Of a stretch of 64,000 bases of DNA, positions 63,400-64,000 are shown one piece after another; positions within the stretch are counted from its first letter, which is position 1, and each line of letters starts with the position of its first letter. Origin of the DNA: Octopus bimaculoides (Eukaryota); assembly GCF_001194135.2 (NCBI RefSeq), contig NC_068994.1, forward strand, positions 32,672,625 to 32,736,624, written 5' to 3'. Both the position numbers and the translations under genes were made by a program. Below the pieces are notes generated by a model. It was not told where the DNA came from. It did no database searches and saw only the letters and a program-made list of their open reading frames with translations.

Positions 63400-64000
63400 A
63401 TGAGTTGGTATATATTCATATAAAAATACACACACACACACATGTATATACATCTATATTTATTACACACACATGTTTATAAAACGAGTAGCTATATGAT
63501 TGGACAGTAGCTTCCTAATCTCATTGTTCAGTATTCAGTTCCACTGCTTGGCACCTTGTTCCCTGCTTGGCACCTTGTCCCCTGCTTGGCACCTTGTTCC
63601 CTGCTTGACAACCAGTGTTGGTGTGTTTATATCACTGCAACTCAGTGATTTGGCAAAAGAGACTGAGAGAATAAGTACTAGGCTAGAAAAAAAAGAAAGT
63701 AATGAGATCGATTCCTTCAACTAAAATTCTTCAAGGTCATACCTCAGCATGGCTGAAGTCTAATGAATGACGCAAATAAAAGAGAATATAAGATTACAAA
63801 AATTCCATAATGGTTTTTAATTTAGGTAAAAAGCCAGTATTTTTGAAGAAAGGGTTAGCTGACTTCGACATCCTCAGTACTGTTAAGCATTTTCCACCCG
63901 GTTTTGGTAACAAAACTACCAGCTCACCGCACCTTAAATTTCCAAATTTTGGTACAAAGCCAGCAATTTTATGGGGTCAGTCAATTACATCAATCATAGG

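Overview
Eukaryotic, AT-rich, gap-ridden draft assembly (about 30 N-runs) dense in microsatellites and SINEs. The repeat families and the gene content point to an octopus/coleoid cephalopod genome (inference). The only clear protein-coding region is a minus-strand protocadherin at 62928-60472: one large exon encoding a signal peptide, 6 EC repeats, a TM helix and the start of the tail. It has a 3' splice site 3 nt before the ATG and a consensus GTAAGT donor hidden 6 codons before the stop, so it probably splices to downstream exons inside this window. The rest is intronic/intergenic DNA with three tRNA-derived SINE families, RTE and L1/Tx1-like LINE fragments, Tc1/mariner remnants, several MITEs and long triplet minisatellites. 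Most notable signals: (1) a type I hammerhead ribozyme with an intact catalytic core near 50.0 kb, on the same strand as the Pcdh transcript, with decayed relatives; (2) a strand-specific structured RNA near 22.9-23.05 kb; (3) a predicted Ca-poor EC3-EC4 linker in the Pcdh; (4) candidate micro-exons; (5) a CpG-retaining block at about 22-35.6 kb. No database searches or folding software were run. Family names come from motif recognition, and repeat boundaries are approximate unless a TSD or TIR is quoted.
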